A DNA stretch of 64,000 bases, from NCBI GenBank assembly GCA_036012755.1, contig DASCPX010000091.1, positions 39,507-103,506 of the forward strand, written 5' to 3'. The DNA is from Myxococcota bacterium (GTDB lineage Bacteria > Myxococcota_A > UBA796 > CAJQPC01). A program made the translations under genes and the position numbers. A model generated the notes under the pieces. The model worked only from the letters and a program-made list of their open reading frames with translations, was not told the origin of the DNA and ran no database searches. This document shows positions 39,719-49,693 of the stretch, piece after piece (positions within the stretch are counted from its first letter, which is position 1; each line of letters begins with the position of its first letter).

Positions 39719-41446
39719 GGGCATCACGACCCCCGGCGGGAGCTCCGAGGGGTCCGTCACGATGACCAGGCGCCCTTCCAGCCAGGCCACGAAGATCGCG
39801 TGCGAGCGCGCGTCGCCAGAGAGGCGAAGCAAGCGCTCGACCTGCTCGTCGAGTGGCACGCCACCCTGCCACTGGAGGCGCATCTTCTTGTAGGTCTCGA
39901 AGTCGCCGCGGCGCACGGACTCGGCGGAGAGCACGAGCAGGGCGTGGCCGAAGGGGTCTCGGTCGATCTGCTTCTCGATGGCGACCGCCTCTGACCAGCG
40001 ACCAAGCGAGGCCAGCGCGAGACCGTAGTGGGTCATCGTCTCGGCGATGGGGGGACAACCCCGCTCGCGCAGGCCCCAGGAGCCCATTCGCACGGCCTCC
40101 TCCGGGTCGTCCATGGCCATGCCGACCATGACCAGGTGGGTGCAGGCGTCGCGGTACGGCGGGTCGCCGCCGACGGCCTCGACGAAGAGCTGCTTGGCCT
40201 CGGCGTAGTCACCGTCCTGGTAGACGTAGAAGGCCAGCCCGCCGGCGGTGAAGGCCGTGGGGAAGGCTTCGTGCGCCTCGTTCCACAGGGTGCGTGAGGT
40301 CCTCCAGTCGGGGAGGCGCAGCTCGATGGCGACGACCGCCAGGGCGCAGCCGGCGAAGAGCACGTGGAGCAGCCGGGGGACCAGGGGGATCGTGCCGGCG
40401 ACCAGGAGCGCGACGCCGGCCATCGGGAAGTAGAGGTAGCGCTCTCCGAGCAGCCCCTTGTCCACCGTGGCCATCAGGGTCGGGACCCAGGCCGCCACCG
40501 CCCATGCGAGCCCTGCCAGGCCAAGCCGCCGCTGCCGTCCGGCATAGAGCGCGTAGCCGATGAGGCCGGTGGCGACAGCGCCGCCCACGAGGAAGGGCCA
40601 GCTCGTCTCCGGAAGCCACAGCACGTGGCGCGCGGGTGTCAGGGGCCAGGGCCAGACCAGGAGTGTGCCGTAGGTGCCCAGCACCAGGTGCGCCTTGCCC
40701 AGCACGAGCCCGAAGCTCGACCACTCCGGCAAGGCGGCGCTACCCACCCCCGCCGCGTGGCGAACTCCCAAGAAGGCGATCACACCGATGGCCAGGGCGA
40801 CGTAGCGCTTCCAGTTCCTGGGCCGCCCGTACCGCGCGAGGTCGATGCAGCCGAGCAGGACCGGGGCGAGCAACGCGGACTCCTTGGACAAGAGCCCGAG
40901 GAAGGTCAGCAGCGCAGCGAGTCCGAGGCGCCAGGGGCGGACATCCAGCTCGGCCAGGAGCAACAGGGCGGCCATGCAGAAGGCCGCAGCCATGGCGTCG
41001 TTCCGGGCGGCGATCAGCGCGACTGCCTCGATCTGGACAGGGTGCAGCGCGAAGAGGGCCGCGCCGATCAGCGCCGGAATCGCCGGCACCAGCTTGCGCA
41101 AGAGCCCCCACAGGGCGAGCACGCAGGCGAGGTGCCAAAGGACACTGTGGGCGTGGTGGGCCGCGGGGTCGAGGCCGAAGAGGCTGCGGTCCACCGCCAG
41201 CGACAGCAGCATCAGGGGCCGGTAGTAGCCGCTGTCCGCCGACCCGAGCCGGAGCGTGTGCCAGAGGTCTGCGGTGAGGATCTCTCGGAGGTTTCCGAAC
41301 AGATCGCCAGTGAGCCGGTTGTCCGCCACCAGCGCGGAGTCGTCCCAGACGAAGCCCGAGCTCAGCAGGGGCAGATAGGCGATCCCCGTCAACACGATGA
41401 GCGCCAGGATCCCCCACTTCCCGAGGGCATCTTCGAGCCTAGACAT
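39707..41446 (-). CDS. TMTC-like GT-C membrane glycosyltransferase with C-terminal TPRs
   Basis: FVWDD, YYRPL, LFALHP...EAV..I..R, LLSKES, ERYLYFP; multi-TM; TPR tail. Confidence 0.8.
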   Translation of the reverse strand: MSRLEDALGKWGILALIVLTGIAYLPLLSSGFVWDDSALVADNRLTGDLFGNLREILTADLWHTLRLGSADSGYYRPLMLLSLAVDRSLFGLDPAAHHAHSVLWHLACVLALWGLLRKLVPAIPALIGAALFALHPVQIEAVALIAARNDAMAAAFCMAALLLLAELDVRPWRLGLAALLTFLGLLSKESALLAPVLLGCIDLARYGRPRNWKRYVALAIGVIAFLGVRHAAGVGSAALPEWSSFGLVLGKAHLVLGTYGTLLVWPWPLTPARHVLWLPETSWPFLVGGAVATGLIGYALYAGRQRRLGLAGLAWAVAAWVPTLMATVDKGLLGERYLYFPMAGVALLVAGTIPLVPRLLHVLFAGCALAVVAIELRLPDWRTSRTLWNEAHEAFPTAFTAGGLAFYVYQDGDYAEAKQLFVEAVGGDPPYRDACTHLVMVGMAMDDPEEAVRMGSWGLRERGCPPIAETMTHYGLALASLGRWSEAVAIEKQIDRDPFGHALLVLSAESVRRGDFETYKKMRLQWQGGVPLDEQVERLLRLSGDARSHAIFVAWLEGRLVIVTDPSELPPGVVMPSAP

Positions 41447-41455
41447 CGTGGACCC

Positions 41456-42406
41456 TCAACGGATCGTGAGCCCCAGGGGGAGGTGGTCCGAGCTCGGCCC
41501 GGGGTCTGCGACGACGTCGACCTCGACGACCTCGACCTCCGCGTTGACGAGGAGGTGATCGAGGCGGCGATTGGGCGCCCCGGCAGGGAAGGTGTCCTCG
41601 ACCCCGCCGACCCGCGTCCAGCCGCAGTCTTCGAGGGTCTGCAGGGTGTCGTCGCCCTGGAAGTCCGTGTCGGGCTCGTCGTCGAAGCCGGTGAAGCGAC
41701 CGCTCTCGGGCGGGACCGTGTTGAGGTCTCCCATGACGACTCCCGGACCCCGGACGCGCCCCATCAACGCAGCGAGGGTCCGGGCCTGCTGGCGCCGGTT
41801 GGCCTGGTCGAAGGCCTCCAGGTGGACGTTGAGGATCGTCAGGCGACGCCCGCGACCAAGGTCCAGGACGACCTCCTGGACGCAGCGATGCAGGTAGAAG
41901 CGGTTGTAGACGCGACCGAAGCGTGAGGGCTGCGCCAGGGCGTGACGGCGCTGCTCGACGACCGGAAAGCGCGAGAGCACGGCCTGTCCCGACCACATGC
42001 GGCCGAACTGCTGGCGAGGCGGCGCCGCAACGGGGTGGGGGACCCAGGCCGCGTCCCAGGTGGTGGCGAAGCTGGCGTGCCGCAGCCCCGTGGAGTCCCG
42101 CAGGATCTCCAGCTGGTCGATGTGGGCCGACCGCATCGAGTCGCGGTCGACCTCCTGGAGCGCGACGATGTCCGCCTCCTCGCGTCGAAGGACCTCCGCC
42201 ATGCGCTGGAGGTTCGTGCTGACGGTCTGCCGGTCGAAGCGCCGGCTGTCCTCCAGCTCGGGCCCGGCCCCCCAGTGGATGTTCCAGCTGACCAGACGCA
42301 GGCCACCCACGGCTTCGGGACGGTCGTGTCCGCGGAAGAGGAAGGCGTCCTCTGCAGAGGGCCGGTACACTCCGAATCGGGGTGCGGAACGCTTCTTTCG
42401 GGACAT
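41456..42406 (-). CDS. Endonuclease/exonuclease/phosphatase (EEP) family protein
   Basis: SWNIH, DIVALQEVD, NVHL, MGDLN, RLDHL, SDHLP. Confidence 0.9.
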   Translation of the reverse strand: MSRKKRSAPRFGVYRPSAEDAFLFRGHDRPEAVGGLRLVSWNIHWGAGPELEDSRRFDRQTVSTNLQRMAEVLRREEADIVALQEVDRDSMRSAHIDQLEILRDSTGLRHASFATTWDAAWVPHPVAAPPRQQFGRMWSGQAVLSRFPVVEQRRHALAQPSRFGRVYNRFYLHRCVQEVVLDLGRGRRLTILNVHLEAFDQANRRQQARTLAALMGRVRGPGVVMGDLNTVPPESGRFTGFDDEPDTDFQGDDTLQTLEDCGWTRVGGVEDTFPAGAPNRRLDHLLVNAEVEVVEVDVVADPGPSSDHLPLGLTIR

Positions 42407-42459
42407 CGAGTCGCGTTGTGCCTTGTGGTTGGCGCAGCACGGACCTATATCGCACCGCG

Positions 42460-45060
42460 ATGAGCACCCTCCGCGACATCCTGCGTAGCGACGTGTTCCC
42501 GCGGGTCGAGAAGCCCTCGCGCTACCTGGGCACGGAGCTCAACGCGGTGCACAAGGAGCTCGGCGAGGTCGACCTGCGGCTGGCGCTCTGCTTCCCCGAT
42601 CTCTACGACCTCGGGCTCGGGAACCTGGGCCTGCACATCCTCTACGCCATCCTCAACGGCATCGAGGGTGTCTGGTGCGAGCGGGCCTACAGCCCCGCGC
42701 CGGACCTCGAGCGAGAGCTTCGCGCCCGAGGGCTGCCCGCCTTCGCCAACGAGTCCCAGGAGCCCCTGTCCGTCTTCGACGGTGTGGGCTTCACGCTGCA
42801 GTCGGAGCTGACGTACACGAACATCCTGAACCTCATCGACCTCGCCGGTCTGCCCCTTCGCAGCGAGGACCGGGCCGAGGACGCGCCGCTGTTGTTCGCC
42901 GGCGGTCCGTCGGCCTTCAACCCGGAGCCGCTGGCCCCCTTCATGGACTTCTTCGTGATCGGTGACGGTGAGGACGTCGTCGTCGAGATCGTAGAGGTCT
43001 TCCGGAGCACCTCCACCCGAGCAGAGCGCCTCCTCGCGCTCGCTGCGCTCGAGGGCGTCTACGTGCCAGCGCTCTACGAGATGGAGCAGCTCGCAGACGG
43101 GCGCATCCTGCCGCCGGTGGAGGGTCCGAGGATCTCCAAGCGCACGAGCGCGGACCTCGACGCCGCCACCTTCCCGGTCGACTACATCGTGCCCTTCACC
43201 CAGCAGGTGCACGACCGCGTATCGCTCGAGGTCCTTCGAGGCTGCACGCGGGGCTGCCGCTTCTGCCAGGCCGGAATGACCACGCGGCCGGTTCGCGAGC
43301 GCAGCATCGCCATGGTCGAGGAGCTGATGGACCGCTCGTTGCAGGCCACCGGCTACGAGGAGGTGAGCCTGGTCTCGCTCTCGACCTGCGACCACAGCCG
43401 GGTGCAGCAACTCGTCGACCGGATCGCGGACCGCGCCGCCGGAACCCGGGTGAGCGTCTCGCTGCCATCCCTGCGACTGGACAGCTTCAGCGTCGGCCTC
43501 GCTGATCGTGTCGCCGACGTGCGTCGCTCGGGCCTGACCTTCGCTCCAGAGGCTGCGAGCCCGCGCCTGCGCGCCCTCATCAACAAGTGGATCCCCGACG
43601 CCGAGCTCCTCGGAATGGCCGAGCAGGCCTATGGCCTGGGGTGGAACCACGTGAAGCTCTACTTCATGATCGGTCTGCCGACCGAGCGCGACGACGACAT
43701 CGAAGCGATCGCGGAGCTCACCCTCCGCACCCTGCGCGTCGGCAGGTCCGTCAACCGCCGCGCTCGCGTGAACCTGGGGATCTCGACCTTCGTGCCGAAG
43801 CCCTTTACGCCCTTCCAGTGGGCGCCGCAGATCACGATCGCCGAGACCCACCGCCGGCAAGGGATCCTCGAGCAGCGCTTCGGACGCAACCCCGGGATCA
43901 AGTTCGGACGCCACGGCGCCAGGGAGACCTTCCTGGAGGGACTGCTGACCCGCGGGGACCGCCGCACGGCTGACCTCATCGAGGCCGCCTTTCGAAACGG
44001 CGCCCGGCTGGACGCCTGGCGCGAGCACCTCGACTTCGCGGCGTGGGAGCTGGCCATCGAGCAGCTCGACTTCGACGTGGCGGAGGCGCTGCGGGAGCGC
44101 GAGCTGGACGAGCGCCTGCCTTGGGACCACATCGACGTCCACATCCCCAAGCGGTGGTTCCAGGAGGACTGGCAGCGGGCGCTGGAGCTGAAGCACGCCC
44201 AGGACTGCCGCCACCACAAGTGCCACCGCTGCGGTGTGATCGACGTCGAGCGGGAGCTCTGCGCATCGATGCTGCGGGACAACATCGAGGGTCGAAAGAG
44301 CGAGGCGCTCCACGAGCGCACCGAGAAGAAGGCTGCAGAGGCGAAACCCGCCGTCCAGCGGCTTCGCTTCCGAGTGGGCCGGGTCGAAGACGCGCGTTTC
44401 CTGGGTCACCTCGAGGCGATGAACGCCTGGATTCGCGCTCTGCGCCGGGCAGGGATGCCCCTCTGCTACAGCCAGGGCTTTCACGCTCACCCCCGCGTCA
44501 ACTTCGCAGCCGCCCTGCCCACCGGAGAGGAGTCGACCGGCGAGTACATGGACATCTTCCTGCGAGAGCCGGTCGATGTGGCGCAGGCCATGGCGCGCCT
44601 GGCGTCTGTGCTGCCTCGAGGCTTCCTGGTCCTTGCGGCCGCCGATGTGCCGCTGAAGGCGAAGAGCCTGATGGCCTCTGTCGAAGCGCTCGTCTACTCG
44701 CTGATCACCCCAGCCGATGATGGGCGCGTGGCCTCGAAGATCCAGGAGCTCAACGCCGCCACCGAGATCCCGATCATGCGAAGCGTGAAGACGCGGGACA
44801 AGCGGCAACGCAGAGGGCGTCGGCGTGTCCGAGAGCTGCGCGAGGTCGACCTGAAGCCCATGATCCAGCGCTTGGCCGCCAGGGCAGGGGAGGGCGGTGT
44901 GGTCATCGAGCTCGTGACCGTGCAGCACGAGGGCCGCTTCGCCAAGCCGAAGGAGCTCGTCCAGCTCCTCGGGCTCGATCCGCTGGCGACGCGGATCCTC
45001 AAGCGGGACACGGTGCTCGCCGGCGGAAACAAGGGGCTCGAAGGGGGCACCGAGTGCTGA
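42460..45060 (+). CDS. B12-binding-type radical SAM protein (TIGR03960-like) fused to TIGR03936-like domain
   Basis: KPSRYLG.E, FPD.Y, RGCTRGCRFCQAG, TFAPEA, STFVPKP.TPFQW; C-domain R.LGHLE, YSQGFH.HP, ALPTG.ES..EY. Confidence 0.9.
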   Translation: MSTLRDILRSDVFPRVEKPSRYLGTELNAVHKELGEVDLRLALCFPDLYDLGLGNLGLHILYAILNGIEGVWCERAYSPAPDLERELRARGLPAFANESQEPLSVFDGVGFTLQSELTYTNILNLIDLAGLPLRSEDRAEDAPLLFAGGPSAFNPEPLAPFMDFFVIGDGEDVVVEIVEVFRSTSTRAERLLALAALEGVYVPALYEMEQLADGRILPPVEGPRISKRTSADLDAATFPVDYIVPFTQQVHDRVSLEVLRGCTRGCRFCQAGMTTRPVRERSIAMVEELMDRSLQATGYEEVSLVSLSTCDHSRVQQLVDRIADRAAGTRVSVSLPSLRLDSFSVGLADRVADVRRSGLTFAPEAASPRLRALINKWIPDAELLGMAEQAYGLGWNHVKLYFMIGLPTERDDDIEAIAELTLRTLRVGRSVNRRARVNLGISTFVPKPFTPFQWAPQITIAETHRRQGILEQRFGRNPGIKFGRHGARETFLEGLLTRGDRRTADLIEAAFRNGARLDAWREHLDFAAWELAIEQLDFDVAEALRERELDERLPWDHIDVHIPKRWFQEDWQRALELKHAQDCRHHKCHRCGVIDVERELCASMLRDNIEGRKSEALHERTEKKAAEAKPAVQRLRFRVGRVEDARFLGHLEAMNAWIRALRRAGMPLCYSQGFHAHPRVNFAAALPTGEESTGEYMDIFLREPVDVAQAMARLASVLPRGFLVLAAADVPLKAKSLMASVEALVYSLITPADDGRVASKIQELNAATEIPIMRSVKTRDKRQRRGRRRVRELREVDLKPMIQRLAARAGEGGVVIELVTVQHEGRFAKPKELVQLLGLDPLATRILKRDTVLAGGNKGLEGGTEC

Positions 45061-45794
45061 TCCTCACCATGTCCTGCCTGTACAAGGCCCCTCCGCGTGT
45101 CTTCGTCGAGGACCACGGGGAGCTCTCGCGCTCGCCAGGCGTGGTGGCGCTGGTCGATCCGATCTTCCTCGACGGCGCCTCCGGCGATGCCTTCGCCGAG
45201 GGCGTCTTCGTAGGCAGCATCACGATGTCTGGCGGCTTCGTGGTCGACGAGGACGACGAGCACGGCATGCAGACGAGGTCCAAGGACTTCGTCCTGTCCT
45301 CAGAGGACAGCTACCGCTCACTCGCCGCTGGCTTCGTCGACTCCAGCCTGGGCGCAGCGCTCGACGATCAAGGCGTCTCCTGGCGCTCGGTGGAACTGGA
45401 GGCCCCGCTACCAGAGCGTCGGGCCTACCGGGGCACGCACCCCGAGGACGGCAAGGACAACGTGAACCTGCCACGCTTCACTCTCTCCCCGACGGCGCTG
45501 GAGCCAGGCAGCGTGGAGGGGGTCGACGTCGTCATCGTTCCCTACGTCGTGCGCTACTACAGCCACAACGGTGGCTGGTTCATCGGCCAGCACCTCGGCT
45601 GCGAGGCCGGGGCACGCATGCGGTTGTTCTGGGTCGCCTACGACAACACCAGCGGCGTCGCCCTGGCGTGGCGCGACATCGACGTGCGGTACTTCGAGGA
45701 GCACCTCTTCTCGCCGAGCTCAGCTCAGCTGGAAGACGCGCTGATCGAGGTCGAGGCCCTGGTGAAGAAGGACCTCGACCGCCACCTCTTCTGA
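45054..45794 (+). CDS. Putative lipoprotein, unknown function
   Basis: Overlaps the upstream stop; MLILTMSC leader; globular composition. Confidence 0.7.
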   Translation: MLILTMSCLYKAPPRVFVEDHGELSRSPGVVALVDPIFLDGASGDAFAEGVFVGSITMSGGFVVDEDDEHGMQTRSKDFVLSSEDSYRSLAAGFVDSSLGAALDDQGVSWRSVELEAPLPERRAYRGTHPEDGKDNVNLPRFTLSPTALEPGSVEGVDVVIVPYVVRYYSHNGGWFIGQHLGCEAGARMRLFWVAYDNTSGVALAWRDIDVRYFEEHLFSPSSAQLEDALIEVEALVKKDLDRHLF

Positions 45795-45797
45795 GAC

Positions 45798-46271
45798 CTA
45801 CTGGTTGACCGTCGGGCGGTCACCGATCTTGACGCCCCGAGCCTCGACGGTCGTGCAGCGCGTGCCGAAGAGCACCGGCGCGCCGGCGCTCGGGTACAGG
45901 GGCACACCCTTGAGCTCGGTGTGGACGCGGGGTGCGAGCAGGTGGGTCGCCTCGGGCATCTTCTCGAGCGCGTAGTACATCGCGCGGCTGCCCTCCGCTC
46001 CGAGCATCGCGCTGTGCATGACCGCGGCGCCCGTGCCGATGGTGCCGTCGAAGGCGAAGGTGCCCGGCGTGATCGAGGCGCCCTCGTTCTTGAAGAGGTG
46101 ACCGAAGTCGATGGTGAAGATGTAGGTGCCGCACTCCTCGTGGTTGGTGCTGCCGAGGACCGTATAGTCGGCCTTGGCGAAGGGAATCGGGGCACCGGGG
46201 ACGGTCGAGCCCTTGAGGGCGCAGCCGGTCATCATGGCGACGGCGGAGAGGGCGAGAACGAGGCGCTTCAT
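45798..46271 (-). CDS. Lipoprotein, unknown function
   Basis: Canonical MKRLVLALSAVAMMTGC signal with lipobox. Confidence 0.8.
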   Translation of the reverse strand: MKRLVLALSAVAMMTGCALKGSTVPGAPIPFAKADYTVLGSTNHEECGTYIFTIDFGHLFKNEGASITPGTFAFDGTIGTGAAVMHSAMLGAEGSRAMYYALEKMPEATHLLAPRVHTELKGVPLYPSAGAPVLFGTRCTTVEARGVKIGDRPTVNQ

Positions 46272-46368
46272 CTGGGCTTTCCTGCGGGCATGTTGGAATG
46301 GGGGAGGGGAGCCTATGGCAGTGCTCGCGAGGGGTCAAGCGCGTTAGAGGGTGGCTCAGGGAGGCGCC

Positions 46369-47511
46369 GTGTTCGTCGACACCGACATTCAGCAGGACCT
46401 TCGCGGAGCGGCCCGAGAAGCCGCTCGAGCCATCCTCACGCCCTCGCTGGAGAAGGATGACGAGGAGGAGATCTTCAACAAGGAGCTCTTTCATGCCCTG
46501 GGCGAGGCTGGCCTCTGCGGTGTGCAGACGGCAGAGGTCCACGGCGGCCTCGGCCTGGGCTACAGCGAGTACGCCGTGGTGTTGGAGGAGGTCGCGAAAG
46601 TCAGCGCCTCGTGGGGAGTCTGCGTCGCCGTCAGCGGCCTGGCCCAGGTCATCCTCTCGACTTTCGGCAACGCCGCCCAGCGCGACGAGTGGTTGCCGGG
46701 ACTGGCTGCGGGCGAGAAGCTCGGCGCCTTCGCGCTCTCAGAGCCCGAGTCCGGGAGCGACGCGGCGAGCCTCCGGACGACTGCGGTGCTCGACGGCGAG
46801 GACTACGTGCTCAACGGCACGAAGTTCTGGATCACCCACGGCGGGTACGCGGACATCTACATCGTCATGGCGCGCACCAGCGGCACCGGTGCGCGGGGTA
46901 TCAGCGCCTTCATCGTCCCCGGCGACGCGCCTGGGCTCTCCTTCGGCAAGAAGGAGCGGAAGATGGGCCTCAGGGCCAGCCCCACCGTGGAGCTGATCCT
47001 GGAGGACTGCCGCATCCCGGCCCAGAACCTCATCCGACGCGAGGGGGCCGGATTCCGCATCGCGCTGTCCGCGCTCGACTCCGGACGAATCACGATCGGG
47101 GCGATCGCGAACGGCATCAGCTCCGCCGCCCTGGACGTGGCCGGTGCCTACGCCTGCCAGCGCCGCCAGTTCAGGACGGCGATCATCAACTTCCAGGCGG
47201 TCGGTTTCATGCTCGCTGACATGGCGACGAGGCTCGAGTCCAGCCGCCTGCTGGTCCGCAAGGCCGCCTGGCTGCGGGACAACGGGCGGCCCTACACCGA
47301 CATCGCGGCGATGGCCAAGTGCTCCGCCACCGACTCCTCCCTCGCGATCGCCGCGGACGCTGTCCAGGTGCTCGGCGGCTACGGCTACACCCGCGAGTAC
47401 CCGGTGGAGCGCTACATGCGGGACGCGAAGGTGATGCAGATCGTCGAGGGCACGAACCAGGTCCAGCGTCTGGTCATCGCCCGCCACCTGAAGAAGGTCT
47501 ACGAACAGTGA
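46369..47511 (+). CDS. Acyl-CoA dehydrogenase
   Basis: SD GGAGG before GTG 46369; ALSEPESGSDA, LNGTKFWIT, QVLGGYGY, IVEGTNQVQR. Confidence 0.93.
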   Translation: MFVDTDIQQDLRGAAREAARAILTPSLEKDDEEEIFNKELFHALGEAGLCGVQTAEVHGGLGLGYSEYAVVLEEVAKVSASWGVCVAVSGLAQVILSTFGNAAQRDEWLPGLAAGEKLGAFALSEPESGSDAASLRTTAVLDGEDYVLNGTKFWITHGGYADIYIVMARTSGTGARGISAFIVPGDAPGLSFGKKERKMGLRASPTVELILEDCRIPAQNLIRREGAGFRIALSALDSGRITIGAIANGISSAALDVAGAYACQRRQFRTAIINFQAVGFMLADMATRLESSRLLVRKAAWLRDNGRPYTDIAAMAKCSATDSSLAIAADAVQVLGGYGYTREYPVERYMRDAKVMQIVEGTNQVQRLVIARHLKKVYEQ

Positions 47512-47553
47512 GCCTGCCCCGGCGAGGGTATGATGACGCCTCGTTGAGGCGGC

Positions 47554-48897
47554 ATGTCGACGAGAGACTTGATGAAGATCTGTAGCCTCTGCGGCACAAC
47601 CTATGACAATCGCGTAGATTTCTGCTTCCGCGATGGCACGCCTCTGCAGCCGGTCGCAGCGGACACGGACGTGCCCGATTCGCCTCTCCGCGAGGCGCTG
47701 CCCGATGTCCTGCCGCCGAGCTCGGATCTCGACGCACCGGATCCGGCCTCGCTCCGCTTCGACGACGTCCCCGAACCGATGGCCCTCCGAGGCGTGCTCC
47801 CGGACGTGGGCGCCGAGGTCCCGAAACCAGGGCACCTGGAGCCCAGCCCAGCTGTGCCGAAGCGCAGCGCGATCAGCGAGTCCCCGACGATCCCCGTGCC
47901 CATGGACCAGGCGAAGCCCTTCCTCGAGCCACCCGCGGTCGAACAGGCGCCACTTCGGATCGAGCCGCCCGAGCCCAGCCCCTTCGGTGGCGCCGAAGGG
48001 GACCTCGGCGAGGACGATCCTCCAGCGGGCCTCGATGACTCCGACGAGGTCTTCTCCGACTACCCGGACTACACGGACGAGGAGCCTCCGAAGTCCAGGA
48101 CCGGGGTCGTCTTCGGCGGACTGATACTCGTCGTGTTGCTGGTCGGGGGCGGCTTCGTGTTGCTCACCAACGAAAACGGAGGGTCCGAGCCAGTCGCTGA
48201 GCTCGACGCCGCGCCGGTGGCACCGCCCGAGCCCGACCCGGTCGTTCCCGACCCCGTCGATCTGGAGGAGCTGGCGGTGGCCGACGTGGACGAGCCGGCA
48301 GAGGTGGACGTGGACGAGCCGGACCCGGTTGTGGAGCCGACCCCGCCGGATCGGGTACGGAACACCGGCCGCAACACCGGAAGGAACACCGGAAGGAACA
48401 CCGGCGGTCGCACCAAGGCCGTCGTGACTCCGGCCGACCCCGTCACCGACGACAACCCGTGGGGCGAGACTCCGGCGCCGGCCGCGAAGGTCGCTCTGCG
48501 CATCTCCACAGAGCCCGTCGGAGCCTCGCTGACCGTCGACGGCAACCCCGCGGGGACCTCTCCGACCACCGTGGATGTCACTCCGGGAACGCACCAGCTT
48601 CGGGCAGAGCTCGCCGGTTACGAGCCGGCGACCATCGCCAGCGACGCGAGCGGGCGCTCGAGCAACGCGATCATCACGCTCACGAAGGTCGCCCCAGCAC
48701 CGAACGTGGTGACGCTCTTCGGACCACCGGGCGCCCAGGTCTTCCTCCAAGGGAGGAGCATCGGCTTCCTGCCAGTCCAGACGGAGCTCGTCCTGGGGAC
48801 CCACGCCTTCAAGGTCGTGACCACCGATGGAACGGTGTACACCGTGAACGGCTCGGTGACAGCAGACACGACAGGGATTCCGCTGAGCCCACCTTGA
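47554..48897 (+). CDS. Bitopic membrane protein: zinc-ribbon, Pro/Asp-rich linker, TM, PEGA domains
   Basis: CSLC...FCFRDGTPL; TM VVFGGLILVVLLVGGGFVLL; STEPVGASLTVDG...G.SP...VTPG.H...AELAGY (start may be ATG 47572). Confidence 0.8.
   Translation: MSTRDLMKICSLCGTTYDNRVDFCFRDGTPLQPVAADTDVPDSPLREALPDVLPPSSDLDAPDPASLRFDDVPEPMALRGVLPDVGAEVPKPGHLEPSPAVPKRSAISESPTIPVPMDQAKPFLEPPAVEQAPLRIEPPEPSPFGGAEGDLGEDDPPAGLDDSDEVFSDYPDYTDEEPPKSRTGVVFGGLILVVLLVGGGFVLLTNENGGSEPVAELDAAPVAPPEPDPVVPDPVDLEELAVADVDEPAEVDVDEPDPVVEPTPPDRVRNTGRNTGRNTGRNTGGRTKAVVTPADPVTDDNPWGETPAPAAKVALRISTEPVGASLTVDGNPAGTSPTTVDVTPGTHQLRAELAGYEPATIASDASGRSSNAIITLTKVAPAPNVVTLFGPPGAQVFLQGRSIGFLPVQTELVLGTHAFKVVTTDGTVYTVNGSVTADTTGIPLSPP
48358..48405 (+). 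repeat. 12-bp coding tandem repeat x4 (RNTG)4
   Basis: cggaacaccggc cgcaacaccgga aggaacaccgga aggaacaccggc. Confidence 0.9.
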
Positions 48898-48920
48898 GCG
48901 TTGTTCGTGCCATTGGCGGT

Positions 48921-48948
48921 ATTGAACATAATGTACATTATCGGACGG
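48921..48948 (-). other. dif: dif-like XerCD recombination site
   Basis: Minus strand CCGTCCGATAA-TGTACA-TTATGTTCAAT (11-6-11) versus E. coli GGTGCGCATAA-TGTATA-TTATGTTAAAT; intergenic AT-rich island. Confidence 0.88.
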
Positions 48949-48982
48949 TAGAGCCGGCACCGAGCTGGATATGATCCAGGTG

Positions 48983-49678
48983 ATGTCGTGGCTGCTTTCG
49001 TGCTCCCCCATGGACGAGGCCTACCTCGTCGCGTCCGGCTCCCTCGCGGTCGACACCGAAGCCCTGGACTTCGACGCGGTCGCAATGGACGAGGTGCTCA
49101 CCCGGGAGTTCACCATCGCAAACGGCGGGCATGACCTCCTCTCGGTCGACCTCACCCCGCTGGGCCGAGGCTTCACCGCCTCTCAGGACCGTGTCGAGCT
49201 CCTCGGAGCCCAGAGCGCGACTCTGAGCGTGTGGTTCTCGCCCTATGGCCGGGACGCTGCCCTGGGCGAGCTCGTTGTCGAGACCGCGGACGAGGTCCAT
49301 CGCGTGACGTTGTCGGGTACCACGAACCCAGACGGTGACGATGACGGCTACGAACACGAGGAGCTCGACGGCACGGACTGCGACGACACGGACGCGGCCA
49401 TCCACCCGGGGGCTGACGAGGTCTGGTACGACGAGGTCGACCAGGACTGCGCGGGCGGCGACGACTTCGACCAGGACGCCGACGGCTACGCACGCCGACC
49501 CGAAGGCCTCGACTGCGACGACGAGCGCGGGGACGTCAACCCGAGCGCGGAGGAGGTCTGGTACGACGGCATCGACCAGGACTGCCGAGACGACGACGAC
49601 TACGACCAGGACGCCGACGGCTACCCGGTCGACGAAGACTGCGATGACACGAAGGCCTGGATCGGGCCTTGTGAATAG
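48983..49678 (+). CDS. Putative lipoprotein with ASH-like Ig domain and putative metal-binding (DCDD...PGA.E..D..DQDC) repeats
   Basis: MSWLLSC leader (alternative start 48971); LDF..V......FTIANGG...L; two full and one partial DCDD repeats. Confidence 0.8.
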   Translation: MSWLLSCSPMDEAYLVASGSLAVDTEALDFDAVAMDEVLTREFTIANGGHDLLSVDLTPLGRGFTASQDRVELLGAQSATLSVWFSPYGRDAALGELVVETADEVHRVTLSGTTNPDGDDDGYEHEELDGTDCDDTDAAIHPGADEVWYDEVDQDCAGGDDFDQDADGYARRPEGLDCDDERGDVNPSAEEVWYDGIDQDCRDDDDYDQDADGYPVDEDCDDTKAWIGPCE

Positions 49679-49693
49679 GCGCTAGCGCTAGCG

